A stretch of DNA of 64,000 bases from an uncultured Alphaproteobacteria bacterium (GCA_947053455.1 CAMRSV010000003.1:1-64000); one strand, 5' to 3'; shown: positions 17,871 to 29,346, counted from the stretch's first letter. Numbers and translations are program-made. Notes: generated by a model from the sequence alone, not told the origin.

Positions 17871-18020
17871 TTATTTCGCGCCGCACGCCGGACAAATGTG
17901 GTGTGGGCGTTTCTTTTCACCGCATGTTTTGCAAACGCTGGCCGGCATGATTGACAATGCATCATGTGAACGACGCTGTGCGCTACGTGCTTTACTTGTT
18001 TTGCTTTTTGGCGTTGCCAT
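17871..18020 (-). CDS. rpmF: 50S ribosomal protein L32 (Zn-ribbon type); not in the ORF track
   Basis: Hand translation MATPKSKTSKARSAQRRSHDALSIMPASVCKTCGEKKRPHHICPACGAK; upstream of plsX. Confidence 0.95.
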   Translation of the reverse strand: MATPKSKTSKARSAQRRSHDALSIMPASVCKTCGEKKRPHHICPACGAK

Positions 18021-18084
18021 TTTACTATCCTTTTATTTACAGTTTGCTATTTTAGTTAAATCTTTCACTTTTGCAAGAAAAACT

Positions 18085-18483
18085 TTAATCTGATATTACA
18101 TGGGCGACGAACATGCCATGATTGTGCATCAGTCCGACTACCGGCGTATAATCATCAAGCCCAAGATAGAATTTATAACCTTCTGCCTCTAGTTCTGTAA
18201 TCTTGGCCAATTTGTATTCCGCGGTTGTTCCCGGATATTCGTGCGGTTTGCAAAATACACGCTTTTTAATATTCGGCATCAAATCGTTTATAAATTCTTC
18301 GACTTTTTTCTGACCCATGGCCCAGCGGCCGGTTATAAAAACAATTGTGAAATCCCGCCCCAGCGATTCCAACACCCGTATCATATTCGGGTTTGGTTCG
18401 CCGAAATGATCATAATCCGGTATCGCAAATTTCTTGGCGACGACCCCGTCTATGTCACAAAAGATTGCCGGAATTTCATGCAT
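18085..18483 (-). CDS. HAD-superfamily phosphatase, polynucleotide-kinase phosphatase-like
   Basis: CDIDGV (DxD), FITGR, Lys, GLDD motifs; cap-less. Confidence 0.75.
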   Translation of the reverse strand: MHEIPAIFCDIDGVVAKKFAIPDYDHFGEPNPNMIRVLESLGRDFTIVFITGRWAMGQKKVEEFINDLMPNIKKRVFCKPHEYPGTTAEYKLAKITELEAEGYKFYLGLDDYTPVVGLMHNHGMFVAHVISD

Positions 18484-18531
18484 TTGAATATACCCGCGCC
18501 CGGGCGAAATCGCCCGGGCACATTTGCGTTT

Positions 18532-21500
18532 TTAGATGTCCAACAACTGCTGCTGCGATGCACCATCACGTGCCAACTTTTCAGCCTTTTCCTCCTCGCG
18601 GGCGATTTCACGGACACGGTGTACATATGCACCGGTACCCGCCGGAATCAAGCGACCCACAATCAGGTTTTCATTAATACCCTGCAATTTGTCGGTCGCG
18701 CCGCTAATCGCTGCATCAACCAAGACCTTGGTTGTCTGCTGGAACGACGCGTTGGATATAAACGAACGTGATGTCAATGATGCACGGGTCAAACCAACCA
18801 AGACCTGTGATGCCTCGGCCTGGCGACCATTGTCGCGTGCAACGCGTGCATTTTCTTCTTCGAAATCAACACGGTCAACAACCTGTCCCATCAGGAATCC
18901 TGTATCGCCCGGATTAATGATTTCAACACGACGCGTCATTTCACGTATCATGATTTCAATGTGCTTGTCATTGATTGCCACGCCCTGCAGACGGTAAACC
19001 TGCTGAATCTGGTCAACCATAAATGTTGCCAAGGCTTTCTGCCCCAGGATACGCAGAATATCCTGCGGAACCGGGTCACCATCAACCAACTTGTCAGCCT
19101 TTTTCACGACATCACCGCTGCGCACCAACAGGTTAGTGCCCTTTGGCACGGCGTATTCAACCGGCGCGGAACCGTCATCTGGTTCGATACGAATGATGAT
19201 TTTGGATTTTGCATCCTCCAGTTCAATCGTACCATCAATTTCCGCCAACAATGCCGGATTAGCAGGACGACGAACTTCCAACAATTCGTTAACACGCGGC
19301 AGACCACCGGTAATATCGCTTGTACGCTTCGCCTGAACCGGGATGCGCGCCAAGATGTCACCCGCCGCAACAGTCGCACCGTTTGCAACGTTAAGCACAG
19401 AATAAATCGGCAACAGATATTCCGCAATCTTTTTCCCACCCAGGGATATTACATTGCCCTTTTCATCAACCAATGTAATAGCGGGTTTAAGCGCCTTTTT
19501 CGTATTGGTTTTCCAATTGATAACCTTGCGCGAAATGATACCGGTTGTTGCATCAACTTCTTCCTGGTATGAAACGTTTTCAACCAAGTCATTAAACTGA
19601 ACAATACCGTCTTTTTCCGCAATAATCGTATTGGAATATGGATCCCATTCGGCAACTTTTGCGCCCTTTTCCACATTGTCGCCATCGTTTACAATCAACA
19701 TTGACGCATACGGCAGGCTGGCCGTGAACAACTTTGCCCCCTTGTCGTCAACGATGGATATTTCGCCATTACGGCTTAACACAACGATACGACCCGCGGA
19801 ATTTTTAATAGTGTTCACACCCGACAGTTTAACTGTACCAGAAACCGGAACCTCTATAAAGTGGCTTTCTGCACCACCGGACGCAACACCACCAACGTGG
19901 AAGGTACGCAATGTCAACTGTGTACCCGGTTCACCAATGGATTGCCCCGCGATAATTCCGACCGGTTCACCAACATGCACCAGCGCATTGCGCGACAAGT
20001 CCATACCATAGCACTTTGCACACAATCCATCACTGTGACATGTCAGCACACTGCGCACATCAACTGACGGCAGACCGGATTCATTGATTTTCTTTACAGC
20101 TGATTTCGTAATCAATTCGCCAGCCGGTACAATAACTTCCTTGGTAATCGGATGAACAATGTCATTGGCCGCCGTACGACCCAATACAACATCACCCAAC
20201 GCAACAGTCAATGTTGAACCCTGATATACCGGCTTTGCGGTAATAAATTCAGTTGTTCCGCAATCGTGTTCGGTAATAACCGTGTTATGTGCCAATTCAA
20301 CCAGACGACGTGTCAAGTAACCCGCGTCAGCGGTCTTTAACGCCGTATCCGACATACCCTTACGCGCACCGTGGGTTGACGTAAAGTATTCGGACATGGT
20401 CAAACCTTCCTTAAAGTTCGAAACAATCGGAACTTCGATAATTGAACCGTCGGGTTTCGCCATCATACCACGCATACCAGCCAACTGCTGAATCTGACCC
20501 TTGGAACCACGTGCACCAGACAACGCCATCATCAAGATTGAGTTCCAATTGTCGCCACTGGTCTTGCCCAGCGCAGCATACGCCAAATCACCCAGTTTAT
20601 CAGTTGTTTTCTGCCACAGGTCGACCAACTTGTTGTGTCTTTCGCCGCCGGACAGCAAACCGTTCTGATACTGGTTTTCAATTTCTTCGGCCGACTTTTC
20701 TGCATTCGCGATAAGTTCTTTCTTTTCCTCCGGAATAACGATGTCGTCAAATCCGATGGAAATACCACTGCGCGCTGCCTGCTCAAAACCAGTGTTCTTT
20801 AACGCGTCAGCCAACAGAATCATTTCTTTGTCGCCACAGCGTTCATATGTCGTTGCCAACAAAGCTTTGATTTCCTTAACCGGCATAACCTTGTTTACCA
20901 AATCAAACGGCATTTTGTCGGATTTCGGCAACAGTTCGCCCAAAATCATGCGACCGGCCGTTGTCTTGTATGTTTTGCCGTTGATACGCGCAACAATCGG
21001 CGTATGCAGCGTGATTGTCTTGTTTTCCAATGCCAACTGCACTTCGTCCATGTTCGCGAAACGCGGTGATTTTTCGTTGTGTTCTCCATTGATAAGCGAG
21101 ATGTAGTACACGCCCAAAACCATGTCCTGGGATGGAACAATCATGGGTTCGCCGTTCGCCGGTGACAAAACGTTGTTTGACGACAGCATAAGAGTACGCG
21201 CTTCCAATTGTGCTTCCAATGAAATCGGAACATGCACAGACATCTGGTCACCGTCAAAGTCAGCATTAAAGCCTTTACATACCAACGGGTGCAGACGTAT
21301 CGCCTTTCCTTCGGTCAAAACCGGTTCAAACGCCAGCATAGACAGACGGTGCAACGACGGCGCACGGTTCAACAAAACAGGATGTTCGTAAATAACCTTT
21401 TCCAGAATTTCCCAAACAACGTCTTCGCCGTTTTCAACCATCTTGCGTGCAGTTTTCAGCGTATTTGCATATTCACCCGCCATCAGTCGTGCATACACAA

Positions 21501-22641
21501 ACGGTTTAAACAATTCCAACGCCATTGTTTTCGGCAAACCAACCTGATGCAGTTTCAGGGTCGGTCCCGACACAATAACAGAACGACCAGAATAATCAAC
21601 ACGTTTACCCAACATGTTCATACGGAAGCGTCCTGACTTACCACGCAACGAATCCGACAGGGATTTGAGCGGGCGACGGTTTTGCGACACCATTGGGCGT
21701 GCTTTGTGTCCATTATCAAACAGGGAATCCACCGCTTCCTGCAGCATACGCTTTTCATTGCGGACAATGATTTCCGGCGCGTGCATTTCCATAAATCTTT
21801 TCAAGCGATTATTGCGGATGATAACACGACGATACAAATCATTCAAATCAGATGCCGCAACATGCCCCGCATCCAGCGTAACAAGTGGTCGCATATCTGG
21901 CGGAATAACCGGAATAATGTCCGGCAGCATCCATGCAGGATCCGTCTTGGAATCCATGAACGCTTCAACCAGCTTCAACTGCTTAATTAACGCTTTGCGC
22001 TTTGCCTCTGACTTGGTGTCTTGCAGTTCCGCGCGCAAACGTGTGCGTTCGTCACCCATATCAAGATTTGCAATAATGCTGCGCACGCCTTCTGCACCGA
22101 TGCCGACATGGAACGCGTCCGCACCGAATTCTTCGACGGCGTTTTGATATTCATCTTCGCTGATGACATCATACTGTTTCAGATTGGTCAAACCCGGTTC
22201 AATCACGATATACGCATCATAGGATATAACCTGTTCCAATTTTTTCTGCGGCAGATTGTTAAGCAATGTCGCAATCTTGCCTTCACGCAGGAACCATGTA
22301 TGTGCAACCGGAATCGCCAGTTTGACGTGCCCCATGCGTTCGCGACGAACAGATGCCGGCCCGATTTCCACACCGCAGCGTTCACAAATCAGTCCCTTGT
22401 ATTTGATTCTTTTATATTTGCCGCATGCACATTCATAATCCTTGACCGGACCGAAAATCTGCTGACAAAACAGCCCTTCCGCCTCCGGCTTTAATGAATG
22501 ATAATTAATGGTTTCTGGCTTTTTGACTTCGCCATGGGACCAAGACAGAATTTCTTCTGGGGACGCGATGGTGATTCGCAGTGCGTCAAACTGCTCTTTA
22601 GTTTCAATTTGTCCGAATATTTTCTGCAACATGTTGGTCAT
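18532..22641 (-). CDS. rpoC: RNA polymerase beta' subunit
   Basis: NADFDGD, Zn finger CACGKYK..CERC; start placed at MTNML after an AAGGAG RBS. Confidence 0.99.
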   Translation of the reverse strand: MTNMLQKIFGQIETKEQFDALRITIASPEEILSWSHGEVKKPETINYHSLKPEAEGLFCQQIFGPVKDYECACGKYKRIKYKGLICERCGVEIGPASVRRERMGHVKLAIPVAHTWFLREGKIATLLNNLPQKKLEQVISYDAYIVIEPGLTNLKQYDVISEDEYQNAVEEFGADAFHVGIGAEGVRSIIANLDMGDERTRLRAELQDTKSEAKRKALIKQLKLVEAFMDSKTDPAWMLPDIIPVIPPDMRPLVTLDAGHVAASDLNDLYRRVIIRNNRLKRFMEMHAPEIIVRNEKRMLQEAVDSLFDNGHKARPMVSQNRRPLKSLSDSLRGKSGRFRMNMLGKRVDYSGRSVIVSGPTLKLHQVGLPKTMALELFKPFVYARLMAGEYANTLKTARKMVENGEDVVWEILEKVIYEHPVLLNRAPSLHRLSMLAFEPVLTEGKAIRLHPLVCKGFNADFDGDQMSVHVPISLEAQLEARTLMLSSNNVLSPANGEPMIVPSQDMVLGVYYISLINGEHNEKSPRFANMDEVQLALENKTITLHTPIVARINGKTYKTTAGRMILGELLPKSDKMPFDLVNKVMPVKEIKALLATTYERCGDKEMILLADALKNTGFEQAARSGISIGFDDIVIPEEKKELIANAEKSAEEIENQYQNGLLSGGERHNKLVDLWQKTTDKLGDLAYAALGKTSGDNWNSILMMALSGARGSKGQIQQLAGMRGMMAKPDGSIIEVPIVSNFKEGLTMSEYFTSTHGARKGMSDTALKTADAGYLTRRLVELAHNTVITEHDCGTTEFITAKPVYQGSTLTVALGDVVLGRTAANDIVHPITKEVIVPAGELITKSAVKKINESGLPSVDVRSVLTCHSDGLCAKCYGMDLSRNALVHVGEPVGIIAGQSIGEPGTQLTLRTFHVGGVASGGAESHFIEVPVSGTVKLSGVNTIKNSAGRIVVLSRNGEISIVDDKGAKLFTASLPYASMLIVNDGDNVEKGAKVAEWDPYSNTIIAEKDGIVQFNDLVENVSYQEEVDATTGIISRKVINWKTNTKKALKPAITLVDEKGNVISLGGKKIAEYLLPIYSVLNVANGATVAAGDILARIPVQAKRTSDITGGLPRVNELLEVRRPANPALLAEIDGTIELEDAKSKIIIRIEPDDGSAPVEYAVPKGTNLLVRSGDVVKKADKLVDGDPVPQDILRILGQKALATFMVDQIQQVYRLQGVAINDKHIEIMIREMTRRVEIINPGDTGFLMGQVVDRVDFEEENARVARDNGRQAEASQVLVGLTRASLTSRSFISNASFQQTTKVLVDAAISGATDKLQGINENLIVGRLIPAGTGAYVHRVREIAREEEKAEKLARDGASQQQLLDI

Positions 22642-22730
22642 GTATTTTGCTCCTTTCAAAAAGAGTGAAAGTTTAGTGCGGGCGACCGGCAAATTATTCC
22701 ACCGGTCGCCAACCACGTACGTCTTCCCAC

Positions 22731-25700
22731 TTAATCCATTTTCTTTGGTGTCATCGCCAGACCCAAGCCCTGCAATTCGCGAACGAATACATTAAAGGCT
22801 TCGGGTGTGCCGGGTTGGAAATCATTGCTGCCGGTGATGACGGAATCGTACATCTTGTTTCGACCCGCAATATCGTCAGATTTCACCGTCAACATTTCAC
22901 GCAACAGGTGTGCTGCACCATGCGCCTCCAATGCCCACACTTCCATTTCACCCAGTCTCTGTCCACCCATATGGGCTTTACCAGACAACGGCTGCTGTGT
23001 AACCAATGAATAATTACCAACGGAACGTGCGTGAATCTTTTCATCAACAAAGTGATGCAGTTTCAACATGTACATCACGCCAACCGTAACTGGACGTGCA
23101 AACTTTTCACCCGTCATTCCGTCATACAAATCAAATTGACCGGTTTCCGGCAATTTAGCCAGTTTCAACATCTTGTGGATGTCGTCAGATGTCGCACCGT
23201 CAAATGTCGGGGTCGCCATCGGAACACCGTCGCGCAGCAACGCCGCCTCTGCCCGGACATCAGTATCGGTCATTTTTTCCAATTTTTCAGCGGTTTCTTT
23301 GCCGTATATCTTGCCCATTATATTGCGCAAATCATCAGTTACCGCGCGCTTGGCCTTGACTTCTTCTAGGACGTCGCCAATCTGTTGACCCAGACTGCGT
23401 GCCGCCATACCAAGGTGCGTTTCCAGAATCTGACCGATGTTCATACGGCTGGGAACGCCCAACGGATTTAGAACAATATCAACCGGGGTTCCGTCCGCCA
23501 AATGCGGCATGTCTTCGATTGGAACAACCTTGGACACGATACCCTTGTTTCCGTGACGTCCGGCCATCTTGTCACCCGGCTGCAGTTTCATCTTGTGTGC
23601 GATGTAAACTTTTACCTCTTTCAAGACACCTGCGTTCAGCGAATTGCTTTCAGTTGCCTTGACAACTTCTGCGTCCGCCTTTTCGTTCAACGCTTTTAGC
23701 TTCAGAATATGCTGTTCACGCAATTCGTCGATTTTCGCCTGCGCCTCTTTGTTTTTTACAACCAGTTTCTTGACATCAGCCGCACGAATACCTTCAAACA
23801 CCTCCTGGGTCAATTTCTTGCCGATAAAGGGTTTCAGGCTTCCGCTACCGTTTTCAATTGTTTCGCCTTCGGCGATTTGGAAAATCTGATCGGCAAAACC
23901 GCGTTCAATGATTGTTGTTTCTTCTTCACGGTCTTGGTTTATCTTCTCGATTTTCTGCAATTCAATCATCTGGGTGCGTTCGTCCTTTTTGACACCATGA
24001 CGTGTCAGAACGTTAACACCGATAACGGTACCTTCTTCGTTGGGGCCCACCTTCAACGATGTATCCTTTACATTCAACGCCTTTTCACCAAAGATGTTGC
24101 GCAGCAACGCCTCTTCCGGGGTCAGCAGTGTTTCAGATTTCGGTGAAACGCGGCCAACCAAAATATCGCCCTGCTTCACGCGCGCACCAACGTAAATGAT
24201 ACCGGATTCGTCCAGATTCTTTAACGCTTCTTCGCTAACGTTCGGGATATCGCGCGTCAGGCTTTCCGGCCCCAACTGCGTATCACGAACCTTGAATTCC
24301 TTCTCAACGATTTTGATTGATGTAAACGCGTCGTCGCGGGAAATACGTTCAGAAATAACGATAGAGTCTTCATAGTTATAACCACGCCACGGCATAAACG
24401 CAACCAACACATTGCGCCCCAACGCCAGTTCGCCGTAATTCATAGACGCACCGTCGGCAATGATATCGCCCGCGGATATGCGGTCACCAACCTTTACCAA
24501 TGGTTTCTGATGAATCAAAGTTTCACTGTTGCTGCGTTCGAATTTTTCCAGGTTGTAAATATCAACACCGGTCACAACATTGCGGCTGTTCATGCATTTT
24601 ACAACGATACGATCTGCATCAACCGATTCAACAACACCACTGTGCTTTGCAACTTTACCGGTGCGTGAATCGCGCGCCACTTCGCGTTCAATACCTGTTC
24701 CGACCAATGGAGCCTGAACACGCATCAATGGAACCGCCTGACGCTGCATGTTTGAACCCATCAACGCACGGTTCGAGTCGTCACTTTCAATAAACGGAAT
24801 CAATCCGGTCGCAATGGACACAACCTGACGCGGTTCAACGTCAATCAGGTCGATTTCGCCCTTTGGCACCATCATAAATTCACCGTTTACACGTGCTGTA
24901 ACCATATCTTCGGCCAAGACACCTGCCGCGGTTGTGGGCGTATTACCTTGGGCAATTTTGTGTCCCAGTTCTTCGTCCGCGGTCAAGTACACCATTTTGT
25001 CGGTAATTTTGTTGTTTTCAACAACATAATATGGCGTTTCAATAAATCCATAAGGATTTACGCGCGCATATGTAGCCAAATGGTTAATCAAACCGATGTT
25101 TGCACCTTCGGGTGTATGAATTGGGCAAAGTCTGCCATAGTGCGTCGGATGAACGTCGCGGACATCAATGCCTGCGCGTTCACGGTTCAAGCCGCCTGGC
25201 CCCAATGCAGAAATCAAACGCTTGTGTTCAACTTCGGACAACGGGTTATATGCATCCATAAACTGTGACAGTTGCGATGTACCCAAAAATTCCGATACCA
25301 ACGACATCAAAGGTTTAACATTAATGACATCCTGTGGCTGCATGTTGGCGATATTTGGACTCGACAATGCTTCACGAACCAGGCGTTCAATGCGAACCAT
25401 ACCGGTGCGGAAATTCTGTTCCAGCAATTCTCCAACCGTACGCACGCGACGATTTGACAAGTTATCAATGTCATCAACCGTATCCTTGCGGTCAATGATA
25501 TTTGTCAGCGTCTTCAATACAGCCAGGAAATCCGCCTTGGTCAGCAAGCGTTCATCTTCCGGTTTTTTGCCCGATTCGATTTTTAAGCGCTTGTTCATCT
25601 TAAAGCGGCCAACCGCAGATAAATCATAGTATGCAGCATCAAAACCCTGACGCATGAACAGATTGATTGCCGCCTCTAATGTCGGGCGTTCACCCGGGCG

Positions 25701-26867
25701 GATGATGTTGTAAATTTCAATCAACGCTTCTTCGCGGTTGGTTGTCTTGTCCGCCATAAGCGTGTTACGCATATGTGCGGAAATGGTCGAATTGTCGATG
25801 GAAATCAATGAAATGTTTTTGACATTCATCTTATCCAAATCGGCCAAGACTTCTTCGGTAATTTCCGTGCCGGATTGGAACACAACCTCGTCGCCGTTCA
25901 TAATTGGCTCAAACAGGTATTCACCAATCAAAGATTCCGGCATAATTCCGAACTGCTTTGACGCGTTCATGATTTTATCCAGGCGCTTTGCATTCAGTCT
26001 ATCACCCTTGGACGCCAAAAGCTTTTTATCTTTCGGATTAATCAAATCATAATTCAAGCGATATTTATCCAGAGCTTCAAAACTATTGGTGTCGCCAACC
26101 CACATGTTGCCATCAAATGACAACGGGATAGACTTATAAAACGCCGCCAATATTTCGGTATCGCTCATGCCGCGGATATTTGCCTTGCGCGGATCTGCCA
26201 ACCACTTCTTTTCATCAGCCGCCGACGGCAAACAACGCAGCAATACTGTCGCCGGAACCTTGCGGCGACGGTCAATACGAACATAAATCACGCCCTTTGA
26301 TTCTTCAAAATCAATCCAGCTGCCGTGTTCTGGGATAATACGTGCCGTATAAGTTATTGGGTTGCCGGCAACCTTGGCTTCCTTGGTTGTCGCGAAAACA
26401 ACACCCTGTGCGCGGTGCATTTGCGAAACGATTACACGTTCAACACCAGACGCGATAAAACTGCCGCGTTCGGTCATAAGCGGCACTTCGCCCATAAATA
26501 TTTCTTGGTCTTTGACTTCGCGCAGAGACTTTTTTCCGTCTTCGGCGATGTCCCATAAAATCAATCTCAGCTTCAACTTCAGCTTGCTGGAATAAGTCAT
26601 ATTGCGCAGCATGCATTCTTTAACATTGTATACAGGCTTGTCCAAAGTGTATTCCACAAATTCCAGGTCGGCAATGCCGGCATAATCCTTGATTGGGAAC
26701 ATGGACGAAAACACATTCTGCAGACCGACATTCTTGCGGTTTTCTGGTGCAACATCAGACTGCAAAAAATCTTTGTATGAATTATATTGAATTTCAACTA
26801 AATCAGGAAGCGGAGTTTGCAAAAAACTTTTTCCAAAAGATTTTCTAAATTTCTGGATAACTGCCAT
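22731..26867 (-). CDS. rpoB: RNA polymerase beta subunit
   Basis: GDKMAGRHGNKG, SQLSQFMD, HYGRLCPIHTPEG, GGQRLGEME. Confidence 0.99.
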   Translation of the reverse strand: MAVIQKFRKSFGKSFLQTPLPDLVEIQYNSYKDFLQSDVAPENRKNVGLQNVFSSMFPIKDYAGIADLEFVEYTLDKPVYNVKECMLRNMTYSSKLKLKLRLILWDIAEDGKKSLREVKDQEIFMGEVPLMTERGSFIASGVERVIVSQMHRAQGVVFATTKEAKVAGNPITYTARIIPEHGSWIDFEESKGVIYVRIDRRRKVPATVLLRCLPSAADEKKWLADPRKANIRGMSDTEILAAFYKSIPLSFDGNMWVGDTNSFEALDKYRLNYDLINPKDKKLLASKGDRLNAKRLDKIMNASKQFGIMPESLIGEYLFEPIMNGDEVVFQSGTEITEEVLADLDKMNVKNISLISIDNSTISAHMRNTLMADKTTNREEALIEIYNIIRPGERPTLEAAINLFMRQGFDAAYYDLSAVGRFKMNKRLKIESGKKPEDERLLTKADFLAVLKTLTNIIDRKDTVDDIDNLSNRRVRTVGELLEQNFRTGMVRIERLVREALSSPNIANMQPQDVINVKPLMSLVSEFLGTSQLSQFMDAYNPLSEVEHKRLISALGPGGLNRERAGIDVRDVHPTHYGRLCPIHTPEGANIGLINHLATYARVNPYGFIETPYYVVENNKITDKMVYLTADEELGHKIAQGNTPTTAAGVLAEDMVTARVNGEFMMVPKGEIDLIDVEPRQVVSIATGLIPFIESDDSNRALMGSNMQRQAVPLMRVQAPLVGTGIEREVARDSRTGKVAKHSGVVESVDADRIVVKCMNSRNVVTGVDIYNLEKFERSNSETLIHQKPLVKVGDRISAGDIIADGASMNYGELALGRNVLVAFMPWRGYNYEDSIVISERISRDDAFTSIKIVEKEFKVRDTQLGPESLTRDIPNVSEEALKNLDESGIIYVGARVKQGDILVGRVSPKSETLLTPEEALLRNIFGEKALNVKDTSLKVGPNEEGTVIGVNVLTRHGVKKDERTQMIELQKIEKINQDREEETTIIERGFADQIFQIAEGETIENGSGSLKPFIGKKLTQEVFEGIRAADVKKLVVKNKEAQAKIDELREQHILKLKALNEKADAEVVKATESNSLNAGVLKEVKVYIAHKMKLQPGDKMAGRHGNKGIVSKVVPIEDMPHLADGTPVDIVLNPLGVPSRMNIGQILETHLGMAARSLGQQIGDVLEEVKAKRAVTDDLRNIMGKIYGKETAEKLEKMTDTDVRAEAALLRDGVPMATPTFDGATSDDIHKMLKLAKLPETGQFDLYDGMTGEKFARPVTVGVMYMLKLHHFVDEKIHARSVGNYSLVTQQPLSGKAHMGGQRLGEMEVWALEAHGAAHLLREMLTVKSDDIAGRNKMYDSVITGSNDFQPGTPEAFNVFVRELQGLGLAMTPKKMD

Positions 26868-27032
26868 GGGTCTGAATCCTTTTTTCTTGTGCGTTTTGCA
26901 AACGAAAGCGACTGCTTATCGCTGTATCTTTTTTACGCCTGTGCGCCCGCCTGGGGAAAATCCCCGGCGGGCTGGGCGTTGCGCCGCGATTACCGCGACG
27001 ACTTGTGGGCTGTGTGCCCGTGCGTGATTAAA

Positions 27033-27398
27033 TTATTTCAATTCAATCTTGGCACCGGCAGCTTCCAATGTAGCCTTCATTTTTTCGGCTTCATCTTTAG
27101 CAACGCCTTCTTTCACGGTCTTCGGTGCGCCTTCGACCAAAGCTTTCGCTTCGCCCAGACCCAGACCTGTGATGTCTTTCACAGCCTTGATAACCGCCAA
27201 TTTGTTTGCACCGGCTTCGGCCAGAACAACATCAAATTCGCTTTTTTCTTCGGCAGCGGCAGCAGCCGGACCGGCCGCAACTGCGACGGCGGCGGCGGCG
27301 CTAACGCCCCATGTTTCTTCCAACGCTTTGGACAGTTCAACTGCTTCCAAAACGGTCAATTTTGACAATTCTTCAACCAATTTTTGAATGTCTGCCAT
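27033..27398 (-). CDS. rplL: 50S ribosomal protein L7/L12
   Basis: LTVLEAVEL...EEKSEFDV...[12 protein letters not shown]. Confidence 0.99.
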   Translation of the reverse strand: MADIQKLVEELSKLTVLEAVELSKALEETWGVSAAAAVAVAAGPAAAAAEEKSEFDVVLAEAGANKLAVIKAVKDITGLGLGEAKALVEGAPKTVKEGVAKDEAEKMKATLEAAGAKIELK

Positions 27399-27443
27399 TT
27401 TATTACTCCTATTCAGTAATTCAGAATGTTGCCATTCTGCGTG

Positions 27444-27923
27444 TTATTGATTCTTTTTTCCATACTCTGCCGAAACACGCGCCAAACGCGAACCCGGTTC
27501 GACCAGGATACGCGCGATTGTACCACGAATTTCCAACAGGGAAGGAAGCTTGGATAATTGCATAACGCCGTCCGTATCCAGAACATCTGCGTCCATTTTA
27601 CCACCAACGATTGTCAAATTCGGATGCGCATCCGCAAATTTGGCCAATACTTTGGTGACCGCCAACGCGTCGGTCGCAACCGCAACCGCCGTCGGGCGTT
27701 TCATCATATCAGACACAGGTTCGAAATCGGTACCTTTTAGCGCCAGTTTCATCAAACGGTTTTTGACAACTTTGAAAACGGAAACCAACGGGCGCAACTC
27801 ATTGCGCAGTGATTCCATTTCTTGAACTGTCAAACCATGATTTTCAATAACGAAAATACCGTTTGCTTCTTTCAAGGACGACTGCAACGCTGAAATCAAA
27901 TCTGATTTTTCTTCGCGTCTCAT
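27444..27923 (-). CDS. rplJ: 50S ribosomal protein L10
   Basis: GLTVQEMESLR, KVVKNRL, LSKLPS; operon position. Confidence 0.97.
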   Translation of the reverse strand: MRREEKSDLISALQSSLKEANGIFVIENHGLTVQEMESLRNELRPLVSVFKVVKNRLMKLALKGTDFEPVSDMMKRPTAVAVATDALAVTKVLAKFADAHPNLTIVGGKMDADVLDTDGVMQLSKLPSLLEIRGTIARILVEPGSRLARVSAEYGKKNQ

Positions 27924-28011
27924 AAAATCATACCCTTACTTCTTCTGTTGTTAACTTTCCATCGGGCGTTTCCACCCGGATGGGGCCTTTTTCCTGCCCC
28001 AAAGAATTTTT

Positions 28012-28075
28012 TCTTTGTCTATGACGGCGGTTTCCCTTTAAGCGACAGGTGCCACACCATCAGTCTCGGACAGAA
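28012..28075 (-). promoter_or_regulatory. L10 leader (autogenous r-protein control RNA)
   Basis: TGTCCGAGACTGATGG...GCTTAA...CCGTCATAGACA in the rplA-rplJ spacer. Confidence 0.65.
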
Positions 28076-28117
28076 ATCTTGTTTGCATCCGGCAAAAATT
28101 ACCGCCGGATGCAGTTA

Positions 28118-28792
28118 TTATTTCACCTCAACCTTCAGACCCGGGCCCTGGGTTGTAGCAACCGCCGCACCCAAGATATATTGACCCTTGGTCGAAGAAG
28201 GTTTTACCTTTTTCAACTGTTCAATCAACGCAACCGCGTTTTCAACCAGTTTCGCCGTTTCAAATGACATTTTACCAATACCGGCGTGAATAATGCCCTT
28301 CTTTTCCGCACGATATTCAATCTGACCGGCCTTGGCTGTTTTCACCGCTTCGGCCACGTTGTTCGTGACGGTGCCCAGTTTCGGGTTCGGCATCAAGCCC
28401 TTTGGTCCCAAAACACGTGCGATTTTGGACATTTTCGGCATCATATCCGGTGTTGCGATAACACGGTCAAAATTGATTTCGCCACCTGCGACTTTTTCAA
28501 TCAATTCTTCACCGCCAACAACATCGGCACCCGCCTTTTTGGCCTCGTCCTGGGAATTAGCCGTAAAGACCGCAACGCGAACGGTTTTACCCGTTCCATT
28601 CGGCAATGACAGCATTCCACGGATATTCTGATCGGCCTTGGTAACATCAACACCCAAACGGATGGCGATTTCCAATGTTTCATCAAACTTTTTGGACGCA
28701 TAGGGACGCAAAGCTTCAATCGCATCGGCGATGGAATAAACCTTGTCCGTGTCCAGATTTGCCCAAGTCTTTTGTCTTTTTGTCTGTTTCAT
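28118..28792 (-). CDS. rplA: 50S ribosomal protein L1
   Basis: KFDET, LPNGTGK, LGPKGLMPNPK, TTQGPG. Confidence 0.99.
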   Translation of the reverse strand: MKQTKRQKTWANLDTDKVYSIADAIEALRPYASKKFDETLEIAIRLGVDVTKADQNIRGMLSLPNGTGKTVRVAVFTANSQDEAKKAGADVVGGEELIEKVAGGEINFDRVIATPDMMPKMSKIARVLGPKGLMPNPKLGTVTNNVAEAVKTAKAGQIEYRAEKKGIIHAGIGKMSFETAKLVENAVALIEQLKKVKPSSTKGQYILGAAVATTQGPGLKVEVK

Positions 28793-28796
28793 GATA

Positions 28797-29228
28797 TTAT
28801 TCCTCCACCTTTACGCCCATAGAACGGCACTGACCGGCGACAATATTCATCGCAGATTCAATGGTAGAGCAATTCAAATCCGGCATTTTATTTTCTGCAA
28901 TTTCTTTAATCTGTGCCTTGGTAATCGTGCCAACAAAATCACGACCCGGTTTCTTTGAGCCCAGTTTCAGTTTCAACGCCTTTTTGATATAGTAAGATAC
29001 CGGCGGCAGTTTCATGATAAATTCAAAACTGCGGTCAGTATAAACCGTGATAATGCACGGAATCGGCATACCCGGTTCCTTGTCGGCGGTCTTGTCATTA
29101 AACTGTTTGCAGAATTCGGCGATATTAACGCCCGCGGCACCCAACGCCGGTCCAATTGGTGGCGCAGGATTTGCCTGTTTCGCAGGGACGACCAATTTGA
29201 CCAATCCCTTAACTTCTTTTTTTGCCAT
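28797..29228 (-). CDS. rplK: 50S ribosomal protein L11
   Basis: [12 protein letters not shown]...[11 protein letters not shown]. Confidence 0.99.
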   Translation of the reverse strand: MAKKEVKGLVKLVVPAKQANPAPPIGPALGAAGVNIAEFCKQFNDKTADKEPGMPIPCIITVYTDRSFEFIMKLPPVSYYIKKALKLKLGSKKPGRDFVGTITKAQIKEIAENKMPDLNCSTIESAMNIVAGQCRSMGVKVEE

Positions 29229-29346
29229 TTCATCACTCCTTTTTCAGTTAGTGTCGTGGTACGATGTGGCGCATCTACCACGGGTTTGCGAATTTTTAAT
29301 GGAACGATTCCACAAAACCCGCGAAAACTTTTGGGCGCGTTTGCGT

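Noticed and set aside
22642-22716. 25-aa N-terminal extension of RpoC
   Set aside because: An AAGGAG RBS precedes ATG 22641; the upstream stretch is an intergenic hairpin.
26885-27030. GC-rich hairpins between rplL and rpoB as a novel ncRNA
   Set aside because: An attenuator or processing structure is expected at this position, and there is no second copy or covariation evidence.
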